Assembly (NCBI GenBank): GCA_043228905.1
Contig: JBHGNT010000009.1
Span: 10,416,001-10,480,000, forward strand
Reading direction: 5' to 3'
Source of the DNA: Azolla caroliniana
Taxonomy: Eukaryota > Plantae > Polypodiophyta
Length of the DNA: 64,000 bases
In this document: positions 51,146 through 64,000 of the stretch, piece by piece
How the letters are laid out: each line of letters starts with the position of its first letter
How positions within the stretch are numbered: position 1 is the first letter of the stretch
Position numbers and translations under genes: made by a program
The notes under the pieces: generated by a model
The model's database searches: none
Told to the model about the DNA's origin: nothing
What the model saw: only the letters and a program-made list of their open reading frames with translations

Positions 51146-53293
51146 TTTGTCTCAACTTTTAACTTCCTCTTCCTCCACTTTCTTTCTGCTTTCGTTTCCC
51201 GCTTCTCTTTGCCTTCCTTTCTCTCCTCTCTTCATCTGCTTCTTCTTTTGTATTTGTCTTCTTCTTCCTTTCTCGTTTTTCTCCATCCTCTGTTCTATGC
51301 CTTCTCTTCCTTCTCTTCTATACTCTGCACTTTCTTCTCTGTGTGTTCTAGTTCCTTCTCTGTTTCTGGCGATCCAGCAGTCTGGGTGTTCGGTTGTTCG
51401 TTCTTTCTCTCATTCCAAGGTCTCTTCGTCACTATCTCCATTTCTTTGTCTCTATCGGTCTACCGGCCTCTATCTGTCGCCTACACTATCCGGCCCGTCG
51501 TTTCGGCGTTAGTTGTTCGGCCTTTCTGGGCGCATTTCAGCTACTCCAGCCATTCCGGCTGCATTTTGGCCACTTCTGTGCATTTTGGCCGCCCCGATCG
51601 CAGACGACTGCTTCCCGGTCGCCGCCCTGTTTTCAGCCACTTCTTTCGCCGTCTCTATCCGGCAATGTCATTTGTCTTCCGGTCCATCCGTTTGTCCGTC
51701 CCGGTCCGTTTTAGTCCGTTCGGCCGTTCTTACCGGCTATTTTTGATTATTTCCACCATTTCTTCGTCGGCTATCCGATCACCATTGATCTGGCCGCTGT
51801 TCGGCCACTATCACTATCGGGCTACTGTGAGGCCGACGCCACTGTCTTTGTCATGGCCATCCGGTTGCCGCCATTGCTTGCCGTTCGGCCACTGCTCTGG
51901 CCGTTGGTTGTCTGGCCACCCAAACCCGGTTGCTCCGGTTGCTTTATTAGGTCGTCGCCATACGGATGATGTTCGATTGCTGTCCTGTCCGGCCGCTCTC
52001 CGGCCATTTCGGCTCTCTGGCTCTTGTCCAACCACTCTCGGCTTATTCGACCGCTCCCACTATTGTCCGGCCACTTTGGCCGCTCGAACTGTTGTCCATC
52101 CACTCCGGTCACTTCGGCTGCTATCCGGTCACTCCGGCCACTCTCGCCCATTGTCCAACCATTTCGGCCTTTGTCCTTATGTTTTCGTCCGTTGTTTTTG
52201 GCGTTTCTTTCACTTTCTTCATTGCTGGCTCCATCTGTGTTCCATCATTTCCATCTTTGTGGGCCCTGTCTGACCAGTCTCTGGTCATTTGTCCGATTCA
52301 TGTCTCTCGAATCTCATCCAGCCATTGGTGCTTCATTCAAGCGTTGTCTCTATCTAGCCCATCCATGCCCGTTTGGTTTGGTCATCATTCGGCCCTCCGG
52401 TCGTCTGTCTTCCTGGCCATGTCTGACCGGTCATATGTGGATAGAAATGCACTCTCATCTTTGGAAGATACGGCTTGTGATGGTTGGGTCTTTCTCTCCT
52501 TTGCACTTCCATTGCTAACCCATAGATCATAAACTTCTGTTCATCTTTCTTTTGCGATCAACTAAACACAAATCGTCAACACCATTTCTCATTCCTCGAC
52601 TTCGTTTAGTATATCGTGACCACCATTTGCAGCACATCATTGATTTGATTTCTTGCACATCATCTTTACCATTATCGCACATTTCATCGTTGTTGTCTCT
52701 GCCACGTATTAATCTTCGACTTCGTCTCCAAAGGGGGGTCGCCTTAGTGGTCGCCAAAAGGTGTTATAGGTTTTACGGTTAATGATGATAATGATAAAGA
52801 TAGGAAGAGGGTTAACAATCATGGTAGATTGATAATGTATGTGTGATGATGATGGTGAGAGATCATGACGTGCATCAAGAAGCATTGCCCATCGTTGTGA
52901 TGATGGAGATAAGCATTGTGGAATGGTGGAGATGGTGAATGGTATGACGGTGAGAGAGAACATGAAGAACAAGACAAGCATTGAGGGGTGGGGGGTGGTG
53001 CCTAGAATGGCTCCACCCCCCTCCCAAGGGAGTTCAACGTAAGGGGAGAGAGAGAGAGAGAGAGAGAAATATGTCAAAGAGAGAGAGAGAAATGGTTATT
53101 GTTGTATTCATTCATTCCCCATAAGCGGTTAAATAGTACAAGAGGGGGTAGATACATAGGGGTGTAAGCCCCCTCGAGCATTCATATTGGACACTCACTC
53201 ACACCTCTTGGTATCCATCCACATGTTCACATATGTATAGACTCACAATTACATTTATGCCCCCTACACATACACAACAACATCATGATAACA
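51146..53293 (-). mobile_element. 5' end of a Tat/Ogre-like Gypsy: LTR 52762-53293, tRNA-Arg-type PBS, long leader
   Basis: TGTTA...TAACA termini; on the minus strand ...TAACA CCTTT TGGCGACCAC (52747-52756); no gag/pol remains. Confidence 0.65.
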
Positions 53294-54857
53294 TTCGACC
53301 CTCGCTCATCACACTTGACTCTCTGTACATCTCGTACGGGGTAACAAACACCAGGTTCTCTGTGATTGTCGGAACATGTAGTACATTCATTAGCTTTCCC
53401 TTTTGTCCAACATGGCTTAAAGCGACTTCTTCGACATGCACAATCGGGTGAGAAGTGTCGTCTCCGGTTTCGACAACTCCCTATTGCTCCAGCTTTTCCA
53501 AAAAGGAGAACCACTCTTCATGGCTCGTCATGTGCTTTGATGCTCCAGAATCAACGTACCACACTTCCTCCGATCCGGAAGTGGTCTTCTTCATCGAGTT
53601 CGCCTTGTGCTTCTTTACAAAGGCTGGCCCTTTTCCGTTCTTTCCGGTTTTGGAGCCTTCTTATCCTTCTACGTAGTGCGAGCTTTGTCGACTCCCTTGT
53701 CCGGTCTTGTTGAATCGGGATTTATCCGAATCAGCGCGGTTCTTCCAGTACTCACTTTTTCGGTGGCGTTTCCTACCATAGTACCAGCATTCCGTGTCGG
53801 TTTTCCCTTGCGAGTTTCCGACGCTGCTTTGACTCCCCCTGCTAGTGGAGGGTCCGGAACTATGGTCGGCACTATCTCTGTGCCTTCGGTTTTGCTTGTG
53901 TCGGCCACTTGCATTGCATGCCGATCCGCCTCCCTGTACAACATCCGGTTGTCCGATTGAGTGGTCCTCGACCCACTCACGTGGTTTTCTTCGACCATCA
54001 ACATCGATTGCCAATCGAAGAAGGACAGTGATTTCTCTCGGGTGCAAATTTCCATCTCGATTTTCCCGTACCATTGTACTAGACCACCGAGGCTGATCTC
54101 GACCATCTCGTCCTCGTCCACCGTCACATTGATGGAATTGAGTGGGTCGCAGATCTCGTTCATCTTGATGGTGTAGTCAGTGACCGATTGTTAAGCTCTT
54201 GCTGGAGTTGCAACTTCCGAGTTGTGGTACTCGCGGCAAAAATCTTTTGGAGATTTTCCCAGGCCCCTTTCAGCGTTTTCGCATCTGGTTGTGCACACAA
54301 GACGCGAGGCAGTACAACACTTTACTCACTTCTTGCTCCCATGCCAGGAAGTCCTTGTGTGTCGAATCTAGCACTGCTACATTCAGTCCTTCCACGTAGC
54401 TCTAGTATCCGTGCCCCACCAGGTACTCGTGCATTTTATACGGACTGACAAAAGTATTGACAAGTACTTCAATGCTCATACAAGTGACTAACACTGACTC
54501 CTCCCAAACATATGCCTACAAACTAGGATAGATTTGTAGGCCTCTAACAGCCTACCAGTTACAATCATAGTTCTAGCTATACATCCCATTCGTGCCATAC
54601 TCAAACGCCAATATTTGTATCATACTCATACGTGAAAAGGATTCGAGTATGATTGAAATCCATACGCGGTACATAGATATATACATATGGTGTACATAGT
54701 GTGTGTGTGTGTGTGTTATGTGTGTGTGTGACATGTAGTTGGTTATTTGGAAATACGACAATTAGGTAAACACTAAGTGGGAGATAAATAGATAGATAGA
54801 TAGATAGATTATATTATCATCTTCGGAGGTCAAATATGACCTATGAGACCAAAAATA

Positions 54858-57800
54858 TGTTGGGAAATCAGGTCCTGGTGATGAATGAAAAGGACCTGGT
54901 GATGAATGAAAAGGACCTGGTGAGAACCGGAAATCGAAGGAGACCTGGTGAGAACCAGAATAGACACATATTTGTAACTATGTTTTGAGCAAGCCTATCA
55001 AGGCTATATTTGTAAATAGCCCTAAGTTCATATAAGTATAAATATGACTTACTGCAATCACTTTAGTAGAGTGTGTGTTGTAGTTATATTGTAGTATGTG
55101 TAGAACAATGGTATAGAGAGAGAGGAAGAGAGTGAGAGAGCGAGATACAGAACAGTTTCTGTTGTAACCGTCGCTTGGCGAAGAAACAAAGCTCGAGGTC
55201 ATTGCCTCTGAGTATCTGATTGTACCTTTCTCATATAGTGACAGTTCGGAGCCTGTGGGCTACTGTGGTTTTTCCCTATTAGGGTTTTCCACGAAAACAT
55301 CCTATGTCCCCTCTATTGACTCATGTGTGTACGTGCATTCACTCCCTACTTCCCATTTCTGTGTTTGATTCTCATTGAAGTGTTTAAGACTCAGTTGTGG
55401 CCGAGCTATATTCCGCGCTATTGTCTTCAAACTGGTATCAGAGTGAACAACACAGGAAATGGAAGAATCGTTCGGAGGCATGTTCAAGCTCACCGGCACC
55501 AACTACTCAGTGTGGAAGTCAAAGATAAGGGATATGCTAGTGCTTAAATATCTTTGGTTGCCGGTTCAGTTCGGGGACAAGAGACCGGACAAGATCGACG
55601 CCACAGTGTGGGAAGAGATGCACATGAAGACGACGGCATACATACGGTGCTTCATCGACATGCGCCTGTACAACAACTTCGATAAAGAGAGCAAGACTCA
55701 TGAACTCTGGGACAAGAAGGTGATGAACTCCAGATCATTCAATGAAAATTGGCTTGAGGACACAAGGACTTACCCGGTTGAAAACTGGACACTAGCCGGA
55801 AACTGGATGACACTTGACGAACCGGTCGGATATGGACAAGAAACCGAACTGACTGAAGAAGAAGAAGAAGAAGACATCGGAACCGGACAAGATCCTGAAT
55901 CGGATTCGGATTCGGAACAAACGGAGGAACCAGCAGTCAGAAACCAAGGAAGGAGATATCCTCTCCGAGAGAGAGGAGCCCCCTGGAGATTTCCAGATGT
56001 AGAGCATGTGTTGCTAACCGATGAGGGGGAGCCGGAAAGCTTCGTAGAAGCAAAGAGAGACACCCACAACCACAAGTGGTTGAGTGCCATGCAAGACGAG
56101 ATGGATTCCCTGCATGAGAACCACACATATGAACTGACGGAGTTGCCAAAAGGGAACAGAGCACTCCAAAACAAGTGGGTGTACAAGTTGAAACCGGGAG
56201 ATTCTGGAAATCCACCCAGGTATAGGGCCCGAATCGTGGTGAAGGGTTTCCAGCAGAAGAAAGGAGTGGACTTCGATGAGATCTTTGCCCCAGTAGTAAA
56301 GATGACATCCATCCGGACAGTATTGGGCATAGTGGCAAGCAAGGACCTCCAAGTAAAGCAATTGGATGTCAAGACGGCATTCCTACATGGCGACCTCGAA
56401 GAAGAGATATACATGCATCAACTAGAAGGATTTGAGAGGAAAGGGAAGGAGCACCTGGTGTGCTGGCTAAAGAAGAGCCTATACGGATTGAAGCAAACTC
56501 CCCAACAATTGTACCGGAAGTTCGACTCATTCATGACCGACCAAGGGTACCACAAAATGCAAGCCGATCACTGCGTGTTTGTGAAGAAATTTGATAGAGG
56601 AGATTTCCTAATACTCCTCCTATATGTGGATGATATGTTGATCGTCGGACGAGACCAAGGCAAGATTCGGATGCTGAAGAAGGCTCTAAACAGGACCTTC
56701 TCAATGAAAGACTTGGGTCCAGCAAGACAGATATTGGGAATGCACATCATCCGAGACCGATCGAAGAAGTTGTTGTGGTTTTCATAGGAGAAGTACGTGA
56801 CAAAGGTGCTTCAACGGTTCAACATGTTGGAGGCGAAACCGGTCGCATCGGCATTTCCGGTAAACTGCAAGCTATCCGGAAAACAAAGCCCAAGGACAAA
56901 GGCGGAGAAGAAGGATATTATGAAGATATCATATGCCTTTGCCGTCAGGATCTTGATGTACGCGATGGTATGTACCCGACCGGATATCGGATATGTAGTC
57001 GGAGTGGTGAGCCGGTTCATGAACAATCCCGGAAAAGAGCACTGGAACGCGGTCAAGTGGATACTTTGGTATGTGAAAGGCACCTCGCGTATGTGCCTCC
57101 GATTTCGCTCCGAAAAACCCCAAGTCGATGGTTTCACGGATTCGGATATGTCGGTCAACAACCAGATATGTCATGACTTATGCAAGTGGAGTTGTTTCGT
57201 GGCAGTCGAGGCTACAGAAGACGGTTGCATTGTCAACCACGGAGGCCGAGTACATGGCAGCTGTAGATGCCGGCAAGAAGATAATCTGGATGAAGGACTT
57301 CATCGGAGAGCTAGGGATCCAACAAGAGGAATATCGGCTCTACTGCAATAGTCAAAGTGCCATTCACCTTGCAAAGAACGCGGCCTACCATTCTCAGACG
57401 AAACATATCAAGCGGAGGTACCACTGGATCCAGGAGAGAGTAGGAGATCAAGAGTTCGTGCCGACGAAGATCCACACAGAGGAGAACGGGTCGGATATGT
57501 TGACCAAGGTGTTGACAATCGACAAGCTGGACGTGTGCCGAAAGCGGATCGGGCTGACAAGACATCCCATGCCGGAGTGAAGGGGGGAGATAGTTGGGAA
57601 ATAAGTCACTCCGGTTGGGATCTGTTGATGAATGAAAACAACTCGATGAGAACTAGAAGAGATCTAGAAATTGGAGGAGACCCAATGAGAACCGGAAGAG
57701 AGACATATTTGTAACTATGTTTTGAGCAAGCCTATTGAGGCTATATTTGTAAATAGCCCTAAGTTCATATAAGTATAAATATGACTTAGGGCAATCACTT

Positions 57801-58165
57801 TAATAGAGTGTGTGTTGTAGTTATATTGTAGTATGTGTATAACAGTGGTATAGAGAAAGAGGAAGAGAGTGAGAGAGCGAGATACAGAACGGTTTCTTTT
57901 GTAACCGCCGCATGGCGAAGAAATAGAGCTCGAGGTCATTGCCTCCGAGTATCTAAATGTACCTCTCTCATATAGTGATAGTTCGGAGCCTGTGGGCTTC
58001 CGTGGTTTTTCCCTATTAGGGTTTTCCACGAAAACATCCAATCACCCTCTATCGACTCGTGTGTGTACGTGCGTTCATTCCCTACTTCCCATTTCTATGT
58101 TTGATTCTCATTGAAGTGTTTAAGACTCGGTTGTGGCTGAGCTATATTCTGCGCTATTGTCTTCA
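54858..58165 (+). mobile_element. Internally deleted Tork-like copia
   Basis: LTRs 54858-55429 and 57592-58165; TSD AAATA; PBS TGGTATCAGAG 55433-55443; PPT near 57577-57590. Confidence 0.95.
55459..57580 (+). pseudogene. Gag N-terminus fused in frame to the INT tail, RT and RNase H
   Basis: 442-aa ORF with junction ...HELWDK/KVMNS...; stop at 56787 and a small frameshifting deletion near 57155. Confidence 0.9.
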
Positions 58166-59780
58166 AAATATTACATTTCACATGATACGTGTGAAAGTGA
58201 GTAGTAACTCTCGATGTTCAAGAACTTTACCAATGAATGTTGCAATCGAGAGTGCACATTGTGGTTGTGAGAGGAATTCATGCAAGGATTGGGCTCGGTT
58301 GAAGAGAAGTGGAAAGCATGGTCGAAAATGATCAAAGCCAAAACATTGTATCAAAGTGTGATACTCAGACTCACGAACTTGTTTAGGGCAAAGTGTGCAT
58401 TGCCGACCACTCTCATCACTTGTGCCCTAACGCCCTGTCTCACATCGCAATGCATGTGAGCGAAGTCACATGGAAGCAATGGTTCGAATGTCAAATAACG
58501 GTATGGGCTCCAACATGTATCGATGTGTACGATTTCCCCATTCCGCAAAGAATATGGGTTTTTAGTTAGGTGCAACATGTGTACTATAATGTGTGAAGCA
58601 TGAGGCTCCACATTTGTCCTATGTCATGATACATTGGCATTGCAAAAAGGCCTCATTTAATTTAGTATGCATGCAAACCTTTTGTGCCTCTCCTAAAGTA
58701 TTTGCAAAAAACACTACATCATCCACATATAGCAAAAGCATAATCACAACACTCCCAATAACAACTTCTTCAACACATTCTTCCTTTGCAAACTTGGTAA
58801 CCATTTCTTCCAATTCATCAATGCATAAACCAAATAGTATTAGTGAGAGTGGGCATCCTTGCTTAACACGAATAGTGCTATTGAAAAAATCTGAAAGTCT
58901 ATCCCTCATATGCACACAACATATACCCTTCTCATATATTCAGGAAATTACTAGCATATATTCACTTGGCACCTCAAGTTCTTCCATTCGCCTCCAAAGA
59001 TGCTCACGAGGTACCAGATCAAAAGCTTTCTTGAAGTCTACAAAGAAACAATATAAACCTTTACCTCTAAGGCAACTTTCCTCCATTAATACTCGAAGGA
59101 TGATAAGGTGATCAATGGTGCTATGGTGTTTTTGAAAGCCAGCTTTTCCATAAGCTCTCTTACCATTTTTTTCAGCCCATACACTTATCTTTGATTCCAT
59201 TATACATCCAAATAGTTTTGCCATTAATGAGCCAACCATGATGGTCCGATAGTTGTTTACATTACTTACATCTCCACCTTGATGTAAAGGTTTGATCCAA
59301 TTTGTAGTCCAATCGTACGGCATACCATGTTGCAATGCATCATTAAACATATCGCTTATCCATATATGTGCTTCGTTTCCCATCCATTTGAGCATTTCAG
59401 CCTTTATACATTGAAGATCGCTTGCCTTTCGAGAGGGCAATTTCTTAAGTCCTATGCACATATCTTCAATTGTAAAGAAGGGAGGCATATGTGAAAGAGA
59501 ACCATAACACATCATCTTATTGGCAAGAGATAACTCATATAAATTCTTACAATGCATAGACATGTCATGAAGACTTAAGTCACCATAACTCTCAACACGT
59601 TTCCTCTTTAGATTTCCCCAAAATTTAGCACATGTATGTGCTTTCTCTTGCATTTGCATAAATTGTTGAGTAAATTCCCATATTCTTCTCTTTCTTTGAA
59701 TAAGACTTTTATTCTTCTCTTTCTTTGGGAGAGAGAGAGAGAGATCGAACAAGAAACAAGAGAGAGAGAGAGAGAGAGAG

Positions 59781-60207
59781 ATTATATTATCATTTTTGGA
59801 GGTCAAATATGACCTATGAGACCAAAAATATTACATTTCACGTGATATGTGTGAAGGTGAGTAGCGACTCTCGATGTTCAAGAACTTTACCAATGAATGT
59901 TGCAATTGAGAGTGTAAAGAAGGGAGGCATATGTGAAAGAGAACCATAACACATCATCTTTCCGGCAAGAGATAACTCATAAATTCTTACAATGCATAGA
60001 CAAGTCGTGAAGACTTAAGTCACCATAACTCTCAACACGTTTCCCCTTTAGATTTCCCCCAAATTTAGCACATGCATGTGCTTTCTCTTGCGTTTGCATA
60101 AATTGTTGAGTAACTTCCCATATTCTTCTCTTTCTTTGAATAAGCCTTTTATTCTTCTCTTTCTTTGAGAGAGAGAGAGAGATCAAACAAGAAACGAGAG
60201 AGAGACC
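59781..60207 (-). repeat. Internally deleted tandem copy of the LINE
   Basis: 59781-59913 copies the LINE 3' end; 59914-60207 duplicates about 59472-59770. Confidence 0.85.
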
Positions 60208-60797
60208 AGAAAACAATAATCTTTTATTACAAAATGTTCTCTATGTTCTTTGTTTTTAACGAATGTGCTCAGAAAGCACTTCATATACAAGTCCTCATGA
60301 GTGGGCTAACACAAGTATTGACAAGTACTGACAAGTACTGGAATGCTCATTAACTAAGCCTGACACTAACTCTACCTATTATATTCCTATTTACTAAAAT
60401 AGGAATATAGGCTCCTAATGGCTAGTCGATTCGGTTTACCTACTGATTCGGCTTTTGGCTTATTTAGTCAATTTGGGCCTAGCCGATCGGATCGGTCTCC
60501 ATCCGATCCAGATCTCGGCTTCCTCAACCGATTTGGCCCATGTTGATCTTGTCTCTCAACACTCCCCCTCAAGCTCAACTTGAGGTTCCGTCATGTCAGC
60601 TTCGGCTAGTCCATCTTTCCAACTCCTCTTGGTGTCCCAACTCCTCTTGGCGTCCCAACTCCTCTTGGCGTCCCAACGCCTCGCTCGTGCTCCTTGTCTG
60701 GTGTGGTCTCACATCCCACGACCTTTCTGAGCAAACGCTTCATGACCCTTTGGTTCCACACTCTTCGACCTGCTCGGTCGGCTTGTCTGATACCTAG
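60180..60797 (-). mobile_element. 3' end of another Bryco-like copia (LTR to 60561, PPT, 3' region with 18-bp x3 repeat)
   Basis: CAACA followed by CTCCCCCTCAAGCTCAAC; CCAACTCCTCTTGGYGTC repeats near 60619-60676. Confidence 0.8.
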
Positions 60798-63700
60798 TGT
60801 TGCCATAAAAGGCCGACTCCTTCCAAATTGTATCCGTCCGAGTGTGAACTCGTTAATAAGTTAAGGCTTAGTATATAAGAAAATACCTAACATTGTAAAG
60901 AATGATGAGTGGAAGAGAGATGAAGAGAAAGAGAACTGATTCTCTGGTTCTGTGTATTGTATCTCTGGTTCTGTTGTAGAACGAAGCAAAAAGCTTTCCA
61001 TTAAAGTTTTCACTGTGTAAGTCTATGGCTATTCTATTTTTTTCTGTCTGTGTTGTTTGTTGTTCATAACCGACAACAGATCCATACACGTTTCCGCAAA
61101 ATGCACTCGTTGTCAACAACTAGTATCAAAGCCAACCTTGTTGTTCGGCAGCAATAGACAACAGAAGAAGAAGCTAAAAGAAAAGACTAGGGCAGAAATC
61201 TCAAGTTCACAAAAAGAATATGGCTTCAACATCCGAAACAGGAGTTGAAATCAGAAAATTCTATGGTAGGATGTGCTAATCATCCAAAGACAGGTCGAAG
61301 CCATTAGGCACAACGAAAAACCTGCCTCAATGACAGCCGAGGAGTGGAGATCAATGGAAGAAATCGCACGCTCCACCATCCGAATGCATTTGGCCAAAAA
61401 CTTCTATTTCAGCATGGCGAAAGAGATGACAGCATTCTCATTGTGGGAGAAACTACAGGCCGTTTATGAAAAGAAGTCCTCATCCTCAAAATTGATTTTG
61501 ATCAAACAATTGTTCAACATGAAGATGAGAGAGACCGATCCGGCAACGTCCCACATCAACACCTTTAGCCGAGTGTCATCAGAGCTCTCGTCACAAGGGA
61601 TTAACTTCGAAGAAGAAGTGAAAGCCCTTGCCCTCCTATCGAGTTTGCCGACGAGTTGGGAGGTATTCTGCACAAAATATGTGAATAGCCAACTGATCCT
61701 GAATTCCGACGAAACAATCGGCCAAGTCCTCATAGAGGACATTCGGTGAAAATCGATGGGACTAACCATCGATGAGTCGGCAAAAGCCCATCACTCGACC
61801 GAATCATTCGACCGACAGAGTCGAATGAAAGAACAAGCCGACAGAACTGGTCGATGCTACAGTCAATCGAAAACGAGGGGAGACCGACAACGGTCGAAAT
61901 CGAAAATGCACCAATCAAGCGAGTATTGCACACACTACAGGAAAACTTACCACAATATTTCTGACTGCTGGTCAATAAAAAGAAAAGAGAGTGGTTGGCG
62001 ATCCGAGCAGAATCAGGGACGTTCCGACTCAGACCACTCTCTAGTCGGCAACCAGGTCAATGTTGCCGACACAACATTCGGAGAAATCCTCTCCCTAGAG
62101 GATTCGATGATTGGAGAAGTCCTCTACAGTGCACAAGCTACACAAATGTGGCTACTAGACTCTAGTGCCACATTTCACATAACCCCGAACATTGAATGGT
62201 TTTCGAACTATTCAGCCGACGCCAGAGGCACAATCCGACTAGGAAACGGCCCAGAGTGCAAGATAACAGGAATTGGAGAAGTTCCCATCAGATTGCCAAA
62301 TGGCAACATAATAACCCTGCACCAAGTTTGGCACGTACCCGATCTAAAGAGGAGTCTGGTCTCCATCGGCATGTTAGCCGAAGATGGGTACAGAACGACT
62401 CTACACGAGTCGACATGGGTGATCAGCCGAGGAAACCTCAAATTCGGGAGTGGATACAAGTACAATAATTTGTACCCATTGATGGCGATCAACCCTAAAG
62501 AGGCCGTGAACGTAGCCGAATTGACCGACCCAAACCTATGGCATGTGTGACTAGGCCATATGTCACAAGCCGGACTTGATCGGTTGATGTCTTTTGGCTA
62601 CATCCCGAAACTCCAAGCAAAGATGGACTTCTGCGAGCATTGTCGATATGGGAAACAGACCTAAAGTCCGCACTCTCTCCACTACAAGACGGTATGACAG
62701 CCCCTAGAGCTCGTGCACATAGACATATGTGGGACCATGCCAGAGCGATCATTAGGAGGCTCCCGGTACTTCATCACATTCGTAGATGACTATACACGAA
62801 AATTTTGGGCATACTCCATCAAGTCCAAAGATGAAGCGCTCGAGGTCTTCACTTGATGGATATCTGAAGTAGAGAACCGGTCGGGATATAGGGTGAAGAC
62901 ATTCTGATCTGACAACAGAGGTGAGTACACCTCTAGAGCCTTCGAACAGTACCTGTCCGGAAAACGGATCCGACACCAAAAGACCGTTCCCTACACAACC
63001 ATGCAAAATGGAGTGGTTGAACAGTTCAATAGGACAATCTAGGAGAGGGTGACGGCAATGCTCCAATAAGCCAGACTAAAGCTGGAATTTTGGGCAGAGG
63101 CATTGCAGACGGTAGTGTACCTGACAAATCTGGCGCCGTCAAGAGCAATCAAGCTCGAAGTGCCACAGGCACTATGGTCAGGCAAACAACCGACCTACGA
63201 TAGGCTCCGTATATTCGGATGTGAAGCCTATGTGTTCATCCCCAAGGACAAAAGGACGAAGTTGGCACCTCATGCATCGAAATGCAAATTTCTCGATTAT
63301 GGAACCGATGGGGACTTCGGCTACCGGCTATGGGACCCTGAGAACCGGAAACTGATCCGGAGCAGTGACGTGGTCTTCAATGAAGACTCTATCTTCTCTC
63401 AGAGGAACCAGAAAAAAACAGTCGGTAAGAAGGTATCCTTCGAAGACGACAGAACTGTCGTAGAAGGACCGTCCCAATGGGCCAAATCAGAGAGTCAACA
63501 AACAATTGAACTCCAACCAGCTAACTATTCCCTACCGACACTGAATTGGCAACAAGTCCCATCGTCAAACTCCAAGACACAGCCGAATCGACAAGGATCG
63601 ATAAAGGCAGAGTCACAAAGAGGCAAGTCAAGAAAGAGTCGACGACAACCACAGGGGAGAACAAGCAAACACCGCCGAAATCCCAAACTAGGGGCGGGAT

Positions 63701-64000
63701 GTCTAATAAGACTCCGAATACAAATGGTTCAACAAATACCGATCGAAGGATCCGAACGTAATATCTCGGCACCCAGGAGATCTGGACGAGCTCGAAAGCA
63801 AACAGAGTTCTATCAACCGGGCCTCGACTATGTCAACTACACAGATGCAGGAGAACCAAGCACGTATGAAGAAGTTATGGCCGCATCGGACGCTGAAACA
63901 TGGCTACAAGACATGAAATCCGAAATGGACTCAAGTCACCAGAATCAGACATGGGCGTTTAGCTGAACTACCAGCAGGAAGAAAGCCGCTACCTTGCAAA
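60798..64000 (+). mobile_element. Degenerate Ty1/copia running off the window (LTR 60798-61118, gag, PR, INT, start of RT)
   Basis: TGTTG...CAACA; degenerate PBS TAGTATCAAAGCC 61121-61133; WLLDSSATFH, LRIFGCEAY, GYRLWDP. Confidence 0.9.

Larger units (their letters stand above)
36771..54565 (-). mobile_element. Bryco-like derivative, unit D, expanded by three nested insertions
   Basis: Pieces in correct order: 3' extension and RNase H 36771-37654, RT 43472-44023, RT start and INT 49777-51145, PR and gag 53294-54435, U3 54435-54565. Confidence 0.75.
54785..59750 (-). mobile_element. 5'-truncated RTE-X-like LINE, interrupted by a copia at 54858-58165
   Basis: YRTIMVGS..AKLF, AGFQKHHSTIDH, FVDFKKAFD, VKQGCPLS, LLYVDD, C-terminal CCHC region, (TATC)n tail. 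Confidence 0.88.

Noticed and set aside
51209-52532. Overlapping ORFs up to 354 aa on the plus strand
   Set aside because: Low-complexity, A-poor sequence lacks stops by composition; no domain signal.
1-64000. Prokaryotic defence system, retron or DGR
   Set aside because: All RTs are LTR- or LINE-type within eukaryotic retroelements; no operon-like organisation.

Overview
Eukaryotic, almost certainly plant, heterochromatin. The mix of a self-priming chromovirus, a Phygy-like Gypsy, Bryco-like and Tork-like Copia and an RTE-X LINE suggests a bryophyte or other early land plant (inference; lineage names are from motif recognition, not database searches). Nearly the whole window is a stack of nested, mostly degenerate retrotransposons. 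Six insertions have clean or near-clean 5-bp TSDs (12347-21866, 15365-20934, 37655-43471, 44850-45385, 46213-46898, 54858-58165). There are also truncated elements, LINE pieces and one probable host-gene remnant at the left edge. No intact cellular gene, rRNA, bona fide tRNA or CRISPR is present. Most notable: (1) a chromovirus family that appears to self-prime (PBS complementary to its own 5' end) yet carries an antisense tRNA-like A-box/B-box cassette in all four LTR copies; (2) -1 frameshift signals in two Gypsy lineages, one with a clear H-type pseudoknot placed after the protease; (3) four head-to-tail Copia units sharing the same U3-TATA/gag fusion (no R, U5 or PBS), alternating with an RTE-X LINE; (4) a coding extension and second PPT after Copia RNase H; (5) a 54-bp VNTR differing between otherwise near-identical LTRs.
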